DNA of 63,469 bases, the filler included, from Collodictyon triciliatum (lineage: Eukaryota), in the NCBI GenBank assembly GCA_043381765.1. It is 33 parts of 33 records of this genome, joined end to end, with 100 filler letters (N's around TTAATTAATTAA, not from the genome) between each part and the next. Parts side by side here need not be neighbours in the genome. Positions count along the whole stretch, not along the records: positions 1 to 1,834 come from JBHJMP010010106.1; positions 1,935 to 3,768 come from JBHJMP010010107.1; positions 3,869 to 5,701 come from JBHJMP010010108.1; positions 5,802 to 7,634 come from JBHJMP010010109.1; positions 7,735 to 9,566 come from JBHJMP010010110.1; positions 9,667 to 11,498 come from JBHJMP010010111.1; positions 11,599 to 13,428 come from JBHJMP010010112.1; positions 13,529 to 15,358 come from JBHJMP010010113.1; 25 more parts are not named here. One strand, written 5' to 3'. The translations under genes were made by a program, and so were the position numbers. Positions 1 through 13,739 of the stretch are shown here, one piece after another. The notes under the pieces were generated by a model that worked only from the letters and a program-made list of their open reading frames with translations, was not told the DNA's origin and did not search any database. Positions within the stretch are counted from its first letter, which is position 1. Each line of letters starts with the position of its first letter.

Positions 1-1735
1 CGTTTTATTCCAGCCTTCTCTAGTGTTAAGTATTGATAAATGCTACAATAGTATAATTATCATTTTTGAATATAGGATGGTGATATGGTTTATAAAAGGA
101 TTTTGTCGAGATATTATGTTATGACTGAACAACTTTAAAGCCCAAATCATTACTTCAATAAAAGCATAAAAAAAGGTATAGATGAGCAAAAAAGGGCGAG
201 AAAATGAGAAACAAAATATATATATAAATAAAAATATAAAAGAAAACAATAAAAAACAATAAAAAACAATAAAAAAATAATAATAAACAATAAAACCAAT
301 TAAAAACAATAAAAATAATAAAAATAATAAAAATAAAAAATAATAAAAAACAAAAAAAACAAAAAAACAAAAAAACAAAAAAAACAAAAAAAGAAAATAA
401 ACAGAAAGAAAATGAAAACAACAAAGAAAAAACAATAAAAACAATAAAAACAATAAAAACAATAAAAACACAAAAAAACACAATAAAAACAATAAAAAAC
501 AATAAAAAAAAACAATAAAAAAACAATAAAAACAATTAAAAAACAATAAAAAACAACAAAAACAATAAAAAACAACAAAAACAATAAAACAATAAAAAAA
601 CCAATTAGAAAATAGAAAACAACAAAGACGGCATGTTTCTTTTCTACGAGTCATATTTTTTTTTGTTTGTTGTGTTGTGTTGTGTGAGGAAACTATAGGC
701 AAGGTCAATCCATATAGTTGTGTATTTGCCAGTCTGTCATAGCGGGAGAATGTCCTGTGTACAATTATGCATGACAAACAACACATAGGCAATCACGTCA
801 ACAGTGTTTAGCTTCAAGGGCACAGTCGCACAACACCGCTCACACAACTACACAAAGGTCGAAGCAGGTTGACAGAAAAGCCTATAATAATCAACATAAA
901 CGCGAAAAGGGTGGATATTAGCATTCTCAACACAAGCAAAACGCACTTGAGCAGTCTTTTTTTTAATTGATGAGCAGAAATCGCACGAACGAAAGGGTTT
1001 TTTATTGTGTTTTGCTTCTACTGTTTGGCTGTGTATCAAAAGTTATAGTCGCTGATGATAGAAACAAAACAAAACAAAACAAAATAGTGTAATGTTTTTT
1101 AGTTACCAGAATTATAGGCGGAGGATATGAAAAATGATACGGATGGATTGAGAAGCACTTCAATAGATTATAATAGATGCAATAGAAGACGCATAACCTT
1201 TTTTTTCTTTCTACATGTGTCCTAAATGCCAGGTATATAAACATATGATAATCGTTCATTATACTTGTTAAGGTTTAATAACAAGCTTGATGATGTCGTG
1301 AGAAAGTATGCCATAGTCGACCATACATATGATTACTGGACATATAGAACAGGTTTCCATCTTGCATCATTTTATGCATAATGTTGTATTTGAATATATT
1401 TAACAATTAAAGCATACCACCTTTCCTTTCAATATCATTATTTTTTGAAATTTTGTGTTTAATTGCATATGCTTTTAGTTTTGGCTTGAAACATGGAATC
1501 ATCGTAGATTTAACTATTTTCTGTTAAAAGTAGAACCGATGAGGGTGAACGGTTTTCTTTACCAACCTTTTTTTAAAACTTGATTATACAAGCTGACAAC
1601 CTTTTGCTGGGCAACGAAAAGGACTCACAGCCTGGAAAAATTTACTTAATTCATATATATATATAATTGTGAATGCATAATTATATTATAAATGAAAATA
1701 AGGACTGAAATATTTTGAAAATCATACATATCACC

Positions 1736-1740
<5 letters not shown>

Positions 1741-1834
<94 letters not shown>
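1741..1834. repeat. (CTAT)n microsatellite at a contig end; representative of the simple repeats that end most contigs ((TAA)n, (GTT)n, (GATTT)n, (AAAG)n, (TATG)n, (GAGT)n, (GACTAT)n, (GGTTAT)n, (GTTTT)n, (CA)n, poly-A/T)
   Basis: Perfect tandem repeats seen directly next to the N spacers. Confidence 0.97.
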
Positions 1835-1934
1835 NNNNNNNNNNNNNNNNNNNNNNNNNNNNNNNNNNNNNNNNNNNNTTAATTAATTAANNNNNNNNNN
1901 NNNNNNNNNNNNNNNNNNNNNNNNNNNNNNNNNN
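1835..1934. other. Artificial contig-joining spacer (44 N + TTAATTAATTAA + 44 N); first of 32 in the window
   Basis: The same 100-nt spacer with a six-frame-stop linker recurs every ~1.92-1.93 kb; contig lengths fall from 1834 to 1820 nt. Confidence 0.98.
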
Positions 1935-1970
1935 TTTGAATGATAATAACCTTAACACGTGTATTAAGTT

Positions 1971-2070
<100 letters not shown>

Positions 2071-3729
2071 GTAAAAATAAACAGCAATAAATGAAAATTG
2101 AAAAATGGTTTGTTATCGTGTATAGTCACACTGTCCATGGGATTTCTGCACCGAATTCATAGCATTACTAAGATTCGACCGTATGATAACCTCCATTGGG
2201 TTTATGGTTCATTGGCTTGGTTCGCTCTTCTTTTTTACTTTCTTTTAAATAGCATCCGCCCTTTGATTTGTTTGCGTTAATGGCCTTACTGCACCCCCAT
2301 TCACCAACATTCATATCTTTTCGTCAGAGTTAGAATATTTTTTTCTCTTCATGTTGTCTTCTCTTGTACATCTCTTTCATCTTCTTTCTCAGAGTAACCA
2401 TTCCTTCCTTTGGTGTAACAATGCCACAGTACTATTTGAATATGTAAGCAGTGAAATATGTGACACCCTTTTACCCTCCCCACAGTATATTTGCACAGCT
2501 TATGTTCAGCGGGACATCCATTTCCATGTCGTACGTGTCTTTATCTCTGTCTGCAATCCCTTGGCACCTTTATGTTCTGGGGTAAACATATATCATACAT
2601 GCGGCTCGCCATTATCTTATGTCTTTTTCTTTTTCTCTTTCCTTTTGATTTGTATGCCGTGTATCAATTTTGTGTCTCTTCGCCACTTATACTGGAGAGT
2701 TTACCAAATTATATATCTGAAAGCAACAACAACAAAACAACAACAAAACAACAACAAAACAACAACAAAACAACAACAAAACAACAACAAAACAACAACA
2801 AAACAACAACAAAACAACAACAAAACAACAAAACAACAAACAACAAACAACAAACAACAAACAACAAACAACAAACAACAATAACAACAAAAAATAAAAA
2901 AATAATGGAAACAAAAGACAAATAAGATACTTGAGAACAAAGCAAGTGTTGAAAATAAATCGTCAATGCCACAGATTCTGCTGGCCGCTCCTTATCGTCG
3001 CTGTGGATGAGATGGTCAAGAAGCACGACAAGAAATACTTTCTGCGATTCCAGAAGAGACTCAAACTGGAGCTAAACACAAAGCTGGGAATGCACAGCCC
3101 CGTCTGAGACTCGTCTTTGCCAATCAGCTGCAGCGCCACAACGAACTGACTCGCATCCCCAGAGGAAAAGAACCACGACGCAGCAATAAACAACAACAAC
3201 CATGGAATCATCGGCCTTTCCACAGGATTTCAAATACTATTTCTCTTTTTTTTTTTTTTTTCATAATTTATTGTGTGATGTCTTTTTTTTCTTTTCTTTT
3301 TTTTTTGAACTCCAAACATTATTTCATTGCCAAGAAAGACACTTCTAAAATGCCAGTCGATGAAAAGAAATAATCGAGATAAGCGACATAATGAATGGAT
3401 CAACAGGATGGTGCCGGCTTTAGTTCAACCCTGCTCTTTTTTTTTTCTGTTTTTTTTTGTCTGGTACGTAGACAGGTTCTAAACTACGGCCGAACAAGCA
3501 GTCTGCCATACTCCTGGGGGCATGAATGCAATCGCTGGCAGTGCATTGATAAAGGGAAACTATAGCAGCAATGAATATATATAAAAAGGGCGGGCATGGC
3601 TCTCATTAAAATAAAAAAAAAAGAAAAAAAGGATGAGTTCGACCGGTTGTGAAGATGATGTCAGGGTGTAGGTATGAACTAAAGAAAAGAAGGAATAAGA
3701 TAAGATAGGTTGTTATAGACAAAAAAAAA

Positions 3730-3761
<32 letters not shown>

Positions 3762-4450
3762 AAAAAAANNNNNNNNNNNNNNNNNNNNNNNNNNNNNNNN
3801 NNNNNNNNNNNNTTAATTAATTAANNNNNNNNNNNNNNNNNNNNNNNNNNNNNNNNNNNNNNNNNNNNTTTTGTTTTTTTGTTTTTTTGTTTTTTTGTTT
3901 TTTTGTTTTTTTGTTTCTTGTTTCTTGTTTCTTGTTTTTCTTGAATCGTTTGCTTTTACGCTTTGCAATCCTCTAAAGTATGACAAAAAAAAAACATGGC
4001 AAAGGTAAAAAGCCTCTAAAACGCTGTTATTGAGATCACCTAACACCATGCGTAGGCACCACTGTGTTCTTTGCTCCCCTCTTTCATTCAAAAGCCAGAT
4101 CGCCATAGAAAGACTTTCCGTCCAAGAAATCACCATTGCTTCGCCAGAGTCTGTGCAAAGATGATATATACTCGGTTATATAATTGACTACCAAAGGCGC
4201 TGGAGTTAACCATAGAATCAAAAGCTTATGGAGTATAGCGCAACAACACGATGCTTTCGTGTTTAGCTTTATACCACATCAACAGGCAGCCCACTTCTGT
4301 GGCCAGCTAGAGAAAAAAGGAGGAAAACTCGACGCTGAAGTTTATTCTAATCAACTCCCAACTATTCTGAAAAGTATTAAAATGATTATGACCCCATTTC
4401 TTTCCTTTCCTTTTTTTTTTTTTTTTTTTATAATGCTCAGTCCGGTGAGG

Positions 4451-5581
4451 ATGGCTGATACTGGAGGCGACCACAGCTCAACCCCAGATAATGGTATGCT
4501 TATTTATTTCAGCTTCATCGCGCGCTCGCCATCCCTTCATATACTTTCTTTTGCTTGCCTTCGATATTAATGTTGAAGACCTATCGAAAGGGCACTTTCG
4601 GGAGTCATCTAGCGCAAGAGAAGCATCGAAGCAGAGACCGCATCGCCTACCAACTTCTTCCCGGGAGAGTTCTCAACGGAGAGAATCCACAACCCCCGGT
4701 CGAGAGACACGCCGACGGAACTCTCTATACGCAATTATGCCATTGGTCCTGTTCATTAGTTTGATATTCTTGTTTCAGGGATATGTATTTTATTGCAGCA
4801 CAACAGCGCGCGGTAATCATATTGCTTTTGATTCAGGTATTGTGGCATAAATCAAATGTTTTTTTCTCTTTCTCTTTTCTTCCATTCTTTCATTCTTTAT
4901 TTTTATTCTTTATTTTCTTTTCTTTTTTCTTCCATTCTTTCATTCTTTCATTCTTTCATTCTTTATTCTTTATTCTTTATTCTTTATTCTTTATTCTTTA
5001 TTCTTTATTCTTTATTCTTTATTCTTTATTCTTTATTCTTTATTCTTTACTTTTCCCCATCACTGAGCTATATATGTGATTACTATTTTAGTTTCATTAT
5101 TGCCCATTTGAATTTTCCGCCTGTCGTTCTTGTGTGGCAACTGTTTTCCATATAATTAATTTCGTTTATTTCGCATTCATCTTTATATGATTGATAGAAT
5201 CATGTTTTCCATGTCCTCATGGATGGGTATGTGATAAAGGAAGAATGGTGTGTCCAGTTGGAACCCATATGGACGGTGGTGTTTGTATTTTAGGCAATAC
5301 AGAGAGAGTCTACCTGCTAAAGTTTTTAGAGAAGAGTATTTTAGATGAGCTTGAATATACTAAGGTTAATCTTTTAGCAATCAATCAATAGCATGAAATA
5401 AACTATTATATCTGAACTATCTTTGGGTATTATTTTGCATATCATTAACTTAGATTATTGGTGGTTTCTTCAGGAATATTCATTCTGTATGAGGAATTCC
5501 ACAACAGCAAAAATAAGCGACGATAATTTGATTGAAATGTTGCATAGAAAGATGAATATTCCACATCGCTACCTACGACTC
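4451..5581 (+). CDS. Intron-containing membrane protein fragment, possibly Man1/Src1 (MSC-domain) inner nuclear membrane family
   Basis: S/R-rich N-terminus, TM segment LYAIMPLVLFISLIFLF, then Cys-rich CFPCPHGWVCDKGRMVCPVGTHMDGGVC and a later exon EYSFC; GT-AG introns; 3' end missing. Confidence 0.4.
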
Positions 5582-5605
5582 GTAAGCTTCATTTTATTTA
5601 TTATT

Positions 5606-5700
<95 letters not shown>

Positions 5701-6732
5701 GNNNNNNNNNNNNNNNNNNNNNNNNNNNNNNNNNNNNNNNNNNNNTTAATTAATTAANNNNNNNNNNNNNNNNNNNNNNNNNNNNNNNNNNNNNNNNNNN
5801 NTCCATGAAATCGATCCCTTGGCCTTTTTCTGTTCTTTTTCTTTTTCTTTTCTTTTTCTTTTTCTTTTTCTTTTTCTTTTTCTTTTTTTTCCTTTTCCTT
5901 TTCCTTTTCCTTTTCCTTTTCTTTTTCTTTCTCTTTTTCATTTTTCTTTTCTTTTTCATTTCATTTCTTTTTCTTTTTCTTTTTCTTTTTCATTTCTTTT
6001 TCTTTTCATTTCATTTCTTTTCTTTTTCTTTTCTTTTCATTTCTTTTTCTTTTTCATTTCTTTTTCATTTCTTTCTTTTCTTTTCTTTTTCATTTCTTTT
6101 TCCTTTTCCTTTTCTTTTTCCTTTTCTTTTTCTTTTCTTTTTCTTTTCTTTTTCTTTTTCTTTTTCTTTTTCATTTCTTTTTCATTTCTTTTTCATTTCT
6201 TTTTCATTTCTTTTTCATGTCTTTTTCCTTTTCCTTTCCTTTTTCTTTTTCTTTTTCATTTCTTTTTCTTTTTCTTTTTCTTTTTCGTTTCTTTTTCTTT
6301 ATTCCTTATTCCTCGCTCCTCTCTAGTCCATCGCGGCCTGTTTTTCTTTACATTTTAATTGGAGCCTAGAGTTTAACCACGGAGCGACCTGAGCCTCGGA
6401 CTTCGTAATCATCCAGCCTGAAACTTTTTTTTTTTCTTCTTCTTTTCCTTTTCTTCACAAAACCTTTGTCGCCCAACACTCCCTGCACAATTCTAGTCAA
6501 AAAAGTTTGCTGTGCTCACTCACTAGGTAGTGCTCTTTGCATCGCCGCTTTGGCCTTCTGCTTCGTTCCTCAGCAGGGTGAAAGCTTTGGATCTCCGGCC
6601 GCCTTATTCTTTTCTTCACTCATATTTTCCCGGACATATACGGCTTTTGTAAAGGGAAAAAGAAGCAAAAAGGAAAAACAAAAAACAAAAGAGAGAGAGA
6701 GAGAGAGTGAGTGAGAAAAAAAGAAGGCGGGA

Positions 6733-7379
6733 ATGCAGCGTGTTGCTTCGTCAGGGTCGATTGCAGGGCTGTCGTTTCCGATGAAGACAGAGTCCTACGA
6801 ACTGAAGGATATCATCGGCTATGGGGCATCGGCTGTAGTGTGGAGGGCGATATGCTTGACGTAACATAATTTAATTCATCCGTTTACCCGCCTATTTCCC
6901 ATTTTTTTAATCACCCAATATAATTTGCCCTTATTCTAAAGAGTAGTAATATTTATTCATTTTTTTAATCCACCGACTATCCTTGGACAGAAATAAGATT
7001 CAAGTTGCCATAAAGATTATCGACTTGGAGGCATGTACAATCAGCATCGACCAAGTTAGGGTGCGTATTGTACCGAAGCGATGTCTATGTTTCAAATATA
7101 TATATATATATTCCTCTTTCACGATTCCATCGTAGTTTATAGTATCTTGAATATGTTCTTCTTACTCTTTGATATTTTAATGAATGTTTGTGGATTGGAA
7201 TGCTATCTTTTGTGATCATCATCACTTCACGATTTTAAATATCAAGAATCCTCATGTTAATATCGTTTAGAGAGAGGTTATGAGTCTACAGTTCTGTAAC
7301 CACCCCAATGTGGTCAAGTACCACTGCTCGTTTATAGTTGGCCATACACTATGGCTTGTGATGCAATATGTTTCTGGTG
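6733..7379 (+). CDS. STE20-family (OSR1/SPAK/Fray-like) Ser/Thr kinase, N-terminal part; exons 6733-6860, 6991-7060, 7271-7379
   Basis: Spliced translation YELKDIIGYGASAVVWRAICLT-NKIQVAIKIIDLEACTISIDQVR-REVMSLQFCNHPNVVKYHCSFIVGHTLWLVMQYVSG covers kinase subdomains I-V; missed by the ORF track. Confidence 0.85.
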
Positions 7380-7734
7380 GTATGATAATGAATTACCTTT
7401 GAGTATGAGCATTTCATGCAACGCTGATTTAGTGCTCTGTGTGGTGTGAAAATTCATACTCTGCCTTTCTTTAATTAGGAGCGTTTGTTATTATTAGGAA
7501 TATTATCCCATTCTTGATTTGATTTGATTTGATTTGATTTGATTTGATTTGATTTGATTTGATTTGATTTGATTTGATTTGATTTGATTTGATTTGATTT
7601 GATTTGATTTGATTTGATTTGATTTGATTTGATTNNNNNNNNNNNNNNNNNNNNNNNNNNNNNNNNNNNNNNNNNNNNTTAATTAATTAANNNNNNNNNN
7701 NNNNNNNNNNNNNNNNNNNNNNNNNNNNNNNNNN

Positions 7735-8001
7735 GATTACGTGTATTTAGTCAGCCCCAATGTTCAGTCGTCAAGTTTTGCTAGTGGTATCGGCGGCAAT
7801 GGCATCATCGCAAAAATACCGCTGAGTGTTGGTTCACGGTACTCTAGCTACTTTGAGGTGAATGACAATATCTTGGAGAATCTGATGGACTGCTCGTATA
7901 TTCCGTTCAGCTGGAATTTCAGATTGGTGGATAGGCTGGGCAATACAATTAACCAGCTTCAGGACTATTCTTTTACATTGCGGATAATTCCAGATTTTTA
8001 A
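7735..8001 (+). CDS. C-terminal part of a Polinton-like-virus minor capsid (penton) protein, 5' truncated
   Basis: DYVYLVSPN...GIIAKIPLSV...FRLVDRLGNTINQLQDYSFTLRI fits the AKIP...L.D..G..I....D.SFTL pattern of PLV/Polinton pentons; intron-less; 14 nt before the next gene. Confidence 0.65.
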   Translation, partial: DYVYLVSPNVQSSSFASGIGGNGIIAKIPLSVGSRYSSYFEVNDNILENLMDCSYIPFSWNFRLVDRLGNTINQLQDYSFTLRIIPDF

Positions 8002-8015
8002 TTCTTGGCTAATGT

Positions 8016-9566
8016 ATGGGTTTTTTCATAACAGAAGAAAAGGAACTACCGGAATTTTCCAATCAAGACGCAAACAAAGTATTAAAAGTCGATTCAAGTG
8101 GGCTTTATTTACAGTGGCTGCAGGAAACAGTAGCACCGGCTGAGCTTCCAAGTCAAACTGGGAACAGTGGCCGATTTCTAAGCACTGATGGCTCAGTACC
8201 TGCTTGGTCAACTATTTCACAAGTTCCCGGGCAAACCGCAGGAAATAATGGTCAATTTCTTACATCTAATGGCTCCAGTTCTTCGTGGGCGAGTGTTTCT
8301 CAGGTTCCAAGTCAATCATCACAAAGTGGGCGGTTTTTAACAACCAACGGTACCGCAGCAAGCTGGGCTGTTATTTCTCAAGTACCTTCAACAACAGGAA
8401 ACGATAATCGAGTGCTTGCTGTCGCTTCTGGAGGTAATGCTACTTGGACCAATAACTTAACGGTATCCAGTTCATTAGTCACAGTGCCTCATCTTCAAGT
8501 AAGTACAGGCACAGCAGCAAGCAATGGTATTTTTACATCAGGTGGAACAAATAGTGGAATCAGATGGCAGTCGGGATCAAATGTAAGAATACTTAGTAAT
8601 GGCACAACAGTGATTGATTTTTCGAATGCTAGTTCAGACCCACTTTGTTCAATAGAAGAAGCTATTGTTATGAAAAAATCTGTAAGACAACTTGTAAACA
8701 CCGTAGCTTCTTCTTTTAGTTTAGCAGTTGACAGCGCTAGTATACATCGAATAAATTTAACAGGAGCCGCAAATGATGTAACCATAACATTGACCGAGCG
8801 CGCAAATGGTACTAGATGTACATTTATTCCGTATAGAACAGCACCAACAACTCGTAAAACATTTTTAACAGTAGCCAGTTCTACTATTTTTATTCAGATA
8901 ATGCACAATCAAACCAACACACAGATTATATTTCCAAATACCTACGAAATGTTTGAAGGGGCGGTTTATCATTGTATTTATGTAGCTAGTGCTCTTACTT
9001 GGTATGTTTGGATATCCGGACTAGCAACAAATATTTCGGATCCGTTTGTAATTGGTACAACTATAGATTTTCAGGCAGCAAGTTCAGGCGCTAGAATACA
9101 AGGGTCAAATAATGGAGCAAACTCTAGTATAATTTTAATTTGTAATAACACAACAAGTTGTAATTTTACAGTTAATGATACCGAAGTTCAAAATTCGCTA
9201 CGACTATTCAAAGCGCCGCTTACCGATTTTATAATACACGACAGCGGAACGCACACTGTGAGTCGAAATTCACCAAATAAAATCGTATTGACAATACAGC
9301 AATCGGGAACTTCAAATGCAGTAATTGTATTTCCAGTAAGTACTGATGTCCCGAATGGACTAGAAATTCAAGTATTTGTCTGGAGGTTGTCAGGTAGAAC
9401 TGGAACAGGTGTTCAGCAAATCAGATTTGATTCAGCCAGTCCAACAAATAACGCCTTTGTCCTCGGGTCTAGCGGCACAGGTATCGCACTTGGAGGCACA
9501 ACGTACACTGTCACAGAAGGTACGATGTTTAAAGCTACTAATTTCCGTACAACGATAGGACGATGG
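8016..9566 (+). CDS. Viral fibre/spike-like protein, 3' truncated, intron-less
   Basis: More than 510 codons open; five ~26-aa tail-fibre-type repeats (e.g. LPSQTGNSGRFLSTDGSVPAW) then two related beta-rich S/T/N/G domains. Confidence 0.7.
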
Positions 9567-9666
9567 NNNNNNNNNNNNNNNNNNNNNNNNNNNNNNNNNN
9601 NNNNNNNNNNTTAATTAATTAANNNNNNNNNNNNNNNNNNNNNNNNNNNNNNNNNNNNNNNNNNNN

Positions 9667-11385
9667 ATGTTGTCTTTCATTTGTCCGACATTCACATGCG
9701 CCACCACAAACAGTCCGCCTTTCTTGATGTCGTTGCAAAACGTCGTCATATTTTCATGCTTCTTGCTTCTACCAGACAGGAAAAGAAGCACCTGCGTTTC
9801 ATGCCAGTATGTGTATGAGGAGTACCGTGAGTATATCAACAGCAATATGCCAGACGTCTGACCGACTTGAGACATGAGGACGTTGGCATAATCAAGTATA
9901 AGACTTGAACAGCGTGGGAGACACATATCTATCAACAAGTCTTGTATACTTGACATTCTCACTTTTAACATGATAATCACGCGTACCTGTGGTCTCCAGA
10001 ACTTGACGTGCTCCTTTCTGCTATCCAATCGCAGGAGATACTTGCGAACCTACGTCATACGTGTGTTTGAGCACGAAGCACAAGCGATAGTTCCGCATAC
10101 AGGCCATTTAAACCAGTCTCACTTAGGGCTGGGCATCAGCCGTTCATCATATTGGTTTCTTATTGTATAAAATGGATGGCTTTGTATGCAAAATCAATCA
10201 ACAAACAAAATGTTTACCTGATGATATATTATTGCCTGACTAATGTCACCCCAAGTGTTCTTTGGCTTTGTGTATGATATCAGAAAGAACACTCCAAAGG
10301 CAAACTGAAAAAAAACCATTCAGCTAAAATTTTATCAACATAGGGTTTTTTTTTCAAACTAATACATGAATGATTGTTTGCGACTGTGTGCTTCCGCTTG
10401 CATACTAATTGATATTCTCACTTATGGCGTGGTATCATAAATGTCTCACCAGCACAGATAGTCCTGCTTTTAGCGGATCCAGTACAAACATCACCACTAC
10501 AGAGAGAATCGCACCTATAAGCGCAACTGGCCAGGAGTAGAATCGAAACGTGGGCCGGAAGTTCGGCATCCCTGTCACATCCAGTAAGAAGCACGCGAAG
10601 TTCAGCGTCATGAACGTCAGCAGCATGAAGTTGGATATGAAAGGTGCAAGTCCGTTGACGTTCCCAAACAACAGGATTATCTGTGCCAGTCCGTATGTCA
10701 TCCCTATCGCACGACTGCACACACCACATGCATTAAGATCATTTAATAAAAGGCTCCTAGGGAGAGAAAAAGACGCAGGAGCAAAAGGCTGATAATCACA
10801 ACCAAAGAGATGTATTGGGTGGTAGTAGTAGAAGATAAAAAGAAAAAAGCTCCAGTGGAGCTATGGTAAGTACATCAAGAAATGCTTGTCTAAGTTTCAT
10901 TCCTGTAGACTATAAGAAAAGAATCACATCATAAACCCCTTACTCACATCGGCTCCCTGTCTTTACTCAGCACTCCAAAGTAAGACAGGAATGGAAAGCA
11001 CGAGTCCTCTCCTATCGCCTGTGGTGTTCGTCATCCGAATATTGTTAAACACAGCCAAAACCGTATGCTGAACTTCGCAGAAGTTTTAAAATAAAAATCA
11101 TATATCATAAATTATAAATGATAACAATCGTGAATGTATGAACAAGAAACATAACTATGGATTCGGATCAAATAAATAGACATCCATTCAACAATTTCCA
11201 TTCTTTTTCTAATAATGTCCAGCACATCCTCAAAAAGATATACCCAAAAAAACTTGCGTAGTGGCTATATGATTGAATATGTACCTGTAGAATCTTTGCA
11301 GTTCCTACTATCCCACCCAAAGCAGAAGAGAATGTGCTGCACATCGTGCCAATAAAGACGATGATAGGAAGAAAGCATGACTCCT
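9667..11385 (-). CDS. SLC12 cation-chloride cotransporter (SLC12A9/Vhc1-like), internal multi-exon fragment
   Basis: Exons [108 protein letters not shown]. Confidence 0.9.
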
Positions 11386-13332
11386 ATACAATCATGAGTG
11401 CTGTCAGTAACATTAATACATGTCTAAATTATGTGAAAGTCATTTAATTAGGTTTTTGTTAAGGTCGACTGAATGGTTATTATCAGCTGAAATGATTGNN
11501 NNNNNNNNNNNNNNNNNNNNNNNNNNNNNNNNNNNNNNNNNNTTAATTAATTAANNNNNNNNNNNNNNNNNNNNNNNNNNNNNNNNNNNNNNNNNNNNAA
11601 ACCTAACCACATACACACAACCCCCCCACCACACACTCAAACCCACACAACCAAAAGCATGCTATCAAGCAAAAAAAATAAAAAAAAAAAAATGGCCAAA
11701 AAACAGAAAAAAAAAACACCTTCACAAGTTTCGAGTGTTTGGTACGATTTTTATTTCGACCGGAGAAAAACTAATTATATATATTGCATTCTACTCGCAT
11801 ATTTTAATAAACAATTCTTGAACCTTGATCAGTTTTTCTTGTCGTATTAGGCAGAGGACAGTTTGAAAAATGCTTCTTTTTTTTATTTTATTACTTATTT
11901 AACATTATTAACAAAATATGATGATAAATCTGTGAATTGAGTATAGGAAAGATAAAAAAGATACAACGATGAATAAATAAATGAATCGTGATCAACTATA
12001 AAATATGGATGCGACATCACACCCAAAATCAGAGCATCTGTCACCCTGCAGAATAAAATACGTATATATCACTGTTGTGTTTTCTAAAGGTATGCGCGTC
12101 GAGATTTCATCTCATTAAAAGAGACAACCGAAATAAACATATTCGAATGTTTACAGGTTTTTCTTATAACCAAAGCTTCATTTCGATTTCACACGCCAGG
12201 ATATATTACACCAAAGTTTACTTAAGGATTTAGTGGAGCCTGATATCAAATATTTTTCACAAACTAAAAGATGAATAAATCTGGACACTTGCATTCAAAA
12301 GAATCATCATACTTTGTTGATTTTTTTATTTTGATTATTCATTGAGCTGTATATCTATTATTTTTTTTATAGGTAACTAAATGCCAAAATTATAGAGAAT
12401 GTAGCAAAAGACACAGAAGAAAATCTATATGTTTTGAAAAGTCTCGCTTGAGCTTGAACGGTGGCCATTTTCTTCCGCACTCCGAGTGGTGTTCGTTTGC
12501 AAGAAGCTAGAATTTCTGAACAAAGGATAGGATTAGTACATGACAAAGTCTTTCACCTACTCACAAAACAAATAAAATTGATACAGAAAACCAGAATTTG
12601 TTCGAGCTAAATATTTATACAATTAAGTGAAAAGGCGCTAGTTTGAAGACGATAAAGAAAAGCAACAGAGTCACGAGAATGTATTTTTCATTGTACGCAT
12701 GAATGAAATTTGAAACAACGATATCGCTACTATATCTTAAATTTAAGAGGAAAATAGGACAAGCATGAAAAATCATGTTTCAGAAATAAATCTTCAACGA
12801 ATTGGAACGATGAAAATATTTATTTATATAGGAAGGAGATATGTGGTACCGTGCTCCAATAAGCGGTTTGTACGATTTGTAGTCACGAGTACGATAAAGT
12901 AACAGCGCACGGTAACACATGTAAGTATCCCTTGTGGTCAAAAATACCAGAAATACTATTAACCCCTACGATTTAATTATTCATCTTCAATCATGGAGAG
13001 ACAGATTCTACAAAAAAAATCCAATAATTCACAAATAATAGTCGAACATATGGTTAATATATACCGCACATATAGGTGGATTTCAAAAGAGTAAAATAGA
13101 CAACGATTGGTCCGCCTCTACCTGTCCAAAAACTGTCGCTTTCGTGAAAACAGTAAATGAAAAAGGTACCACGACATCGTATGAGCATTCAGAGAGTTGA
13201 CTGCCAGTAAATCCAAATATACATGCAAAATATTGCTCGAGTTCTTGTTCGCTTTCAGACTAGCGTGATTTGTTGGTGTAAATATACATGTAATAATGCT
13301 TCGGAATGATGTTCTCTATGAAATGCTCATAC

Positions 13333-13428
<96 letters not shown>

Positions 13429-13739
13429 NNNNNNNNNNNNNNNNNNNNNNNNNNNNNNNNNNNNNNNNNNNNTTAATTAATTAANNNNNNNNNNNNNNNN
13501 NNNNNNNNNNNNNNNNNNNNNNNNNNNNTTTTGTTTTTGTTTTTGTTTTTGTTTTTGTTTTTGTTTTTGTTTTTGTTTTTGTTTTTGTTTTTGTTTTTGT
13601 TTTTGTTTTTGTTTTTGTTTTTGTTTTTTTTTCTTTTGTTTTTTGTTTTTTGTTTTTTGTTTTTTGTTTTTTGTTTTTTGTTTTTTGTTTTTTGTTTTTT
13701 GTTTTTTGGTTCTTTGCTCACGTACCGCCTTATTGACAG

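Noticed and set aside
43-792. Long Phe/Leu/Cys-rich ORFs here and at 2351-3026, 5805-6358, 17341-17961, 37985-38527 and 53909-54378
   Set aside because: They are translations of low-complexity or microsatellite DNA that is open in several frames.
900-1410. Possible piggyBac transposase remnant on the minus strand (RSCDFCSSIKKKTAQVRFACVE)
   Set aside because: Only a partial Cys motif; no DDD catalytic motifs or terminal repeats could be recovered.
1879-1890. TTAATTAATTAA recurring at regular intervals, as if a biological repeat
   Set aside because: Always centred in 88 Ns; it is an artificial six-frame-stop linker.
4494-4512. Possible 19-nt ultra-short intron (GTATG...TTCAG)
   Set aside because: An acceptor at ~4578 keeps the same frame, removes intron-like sequence and fits the intron sizes seen elsewhere in the window.
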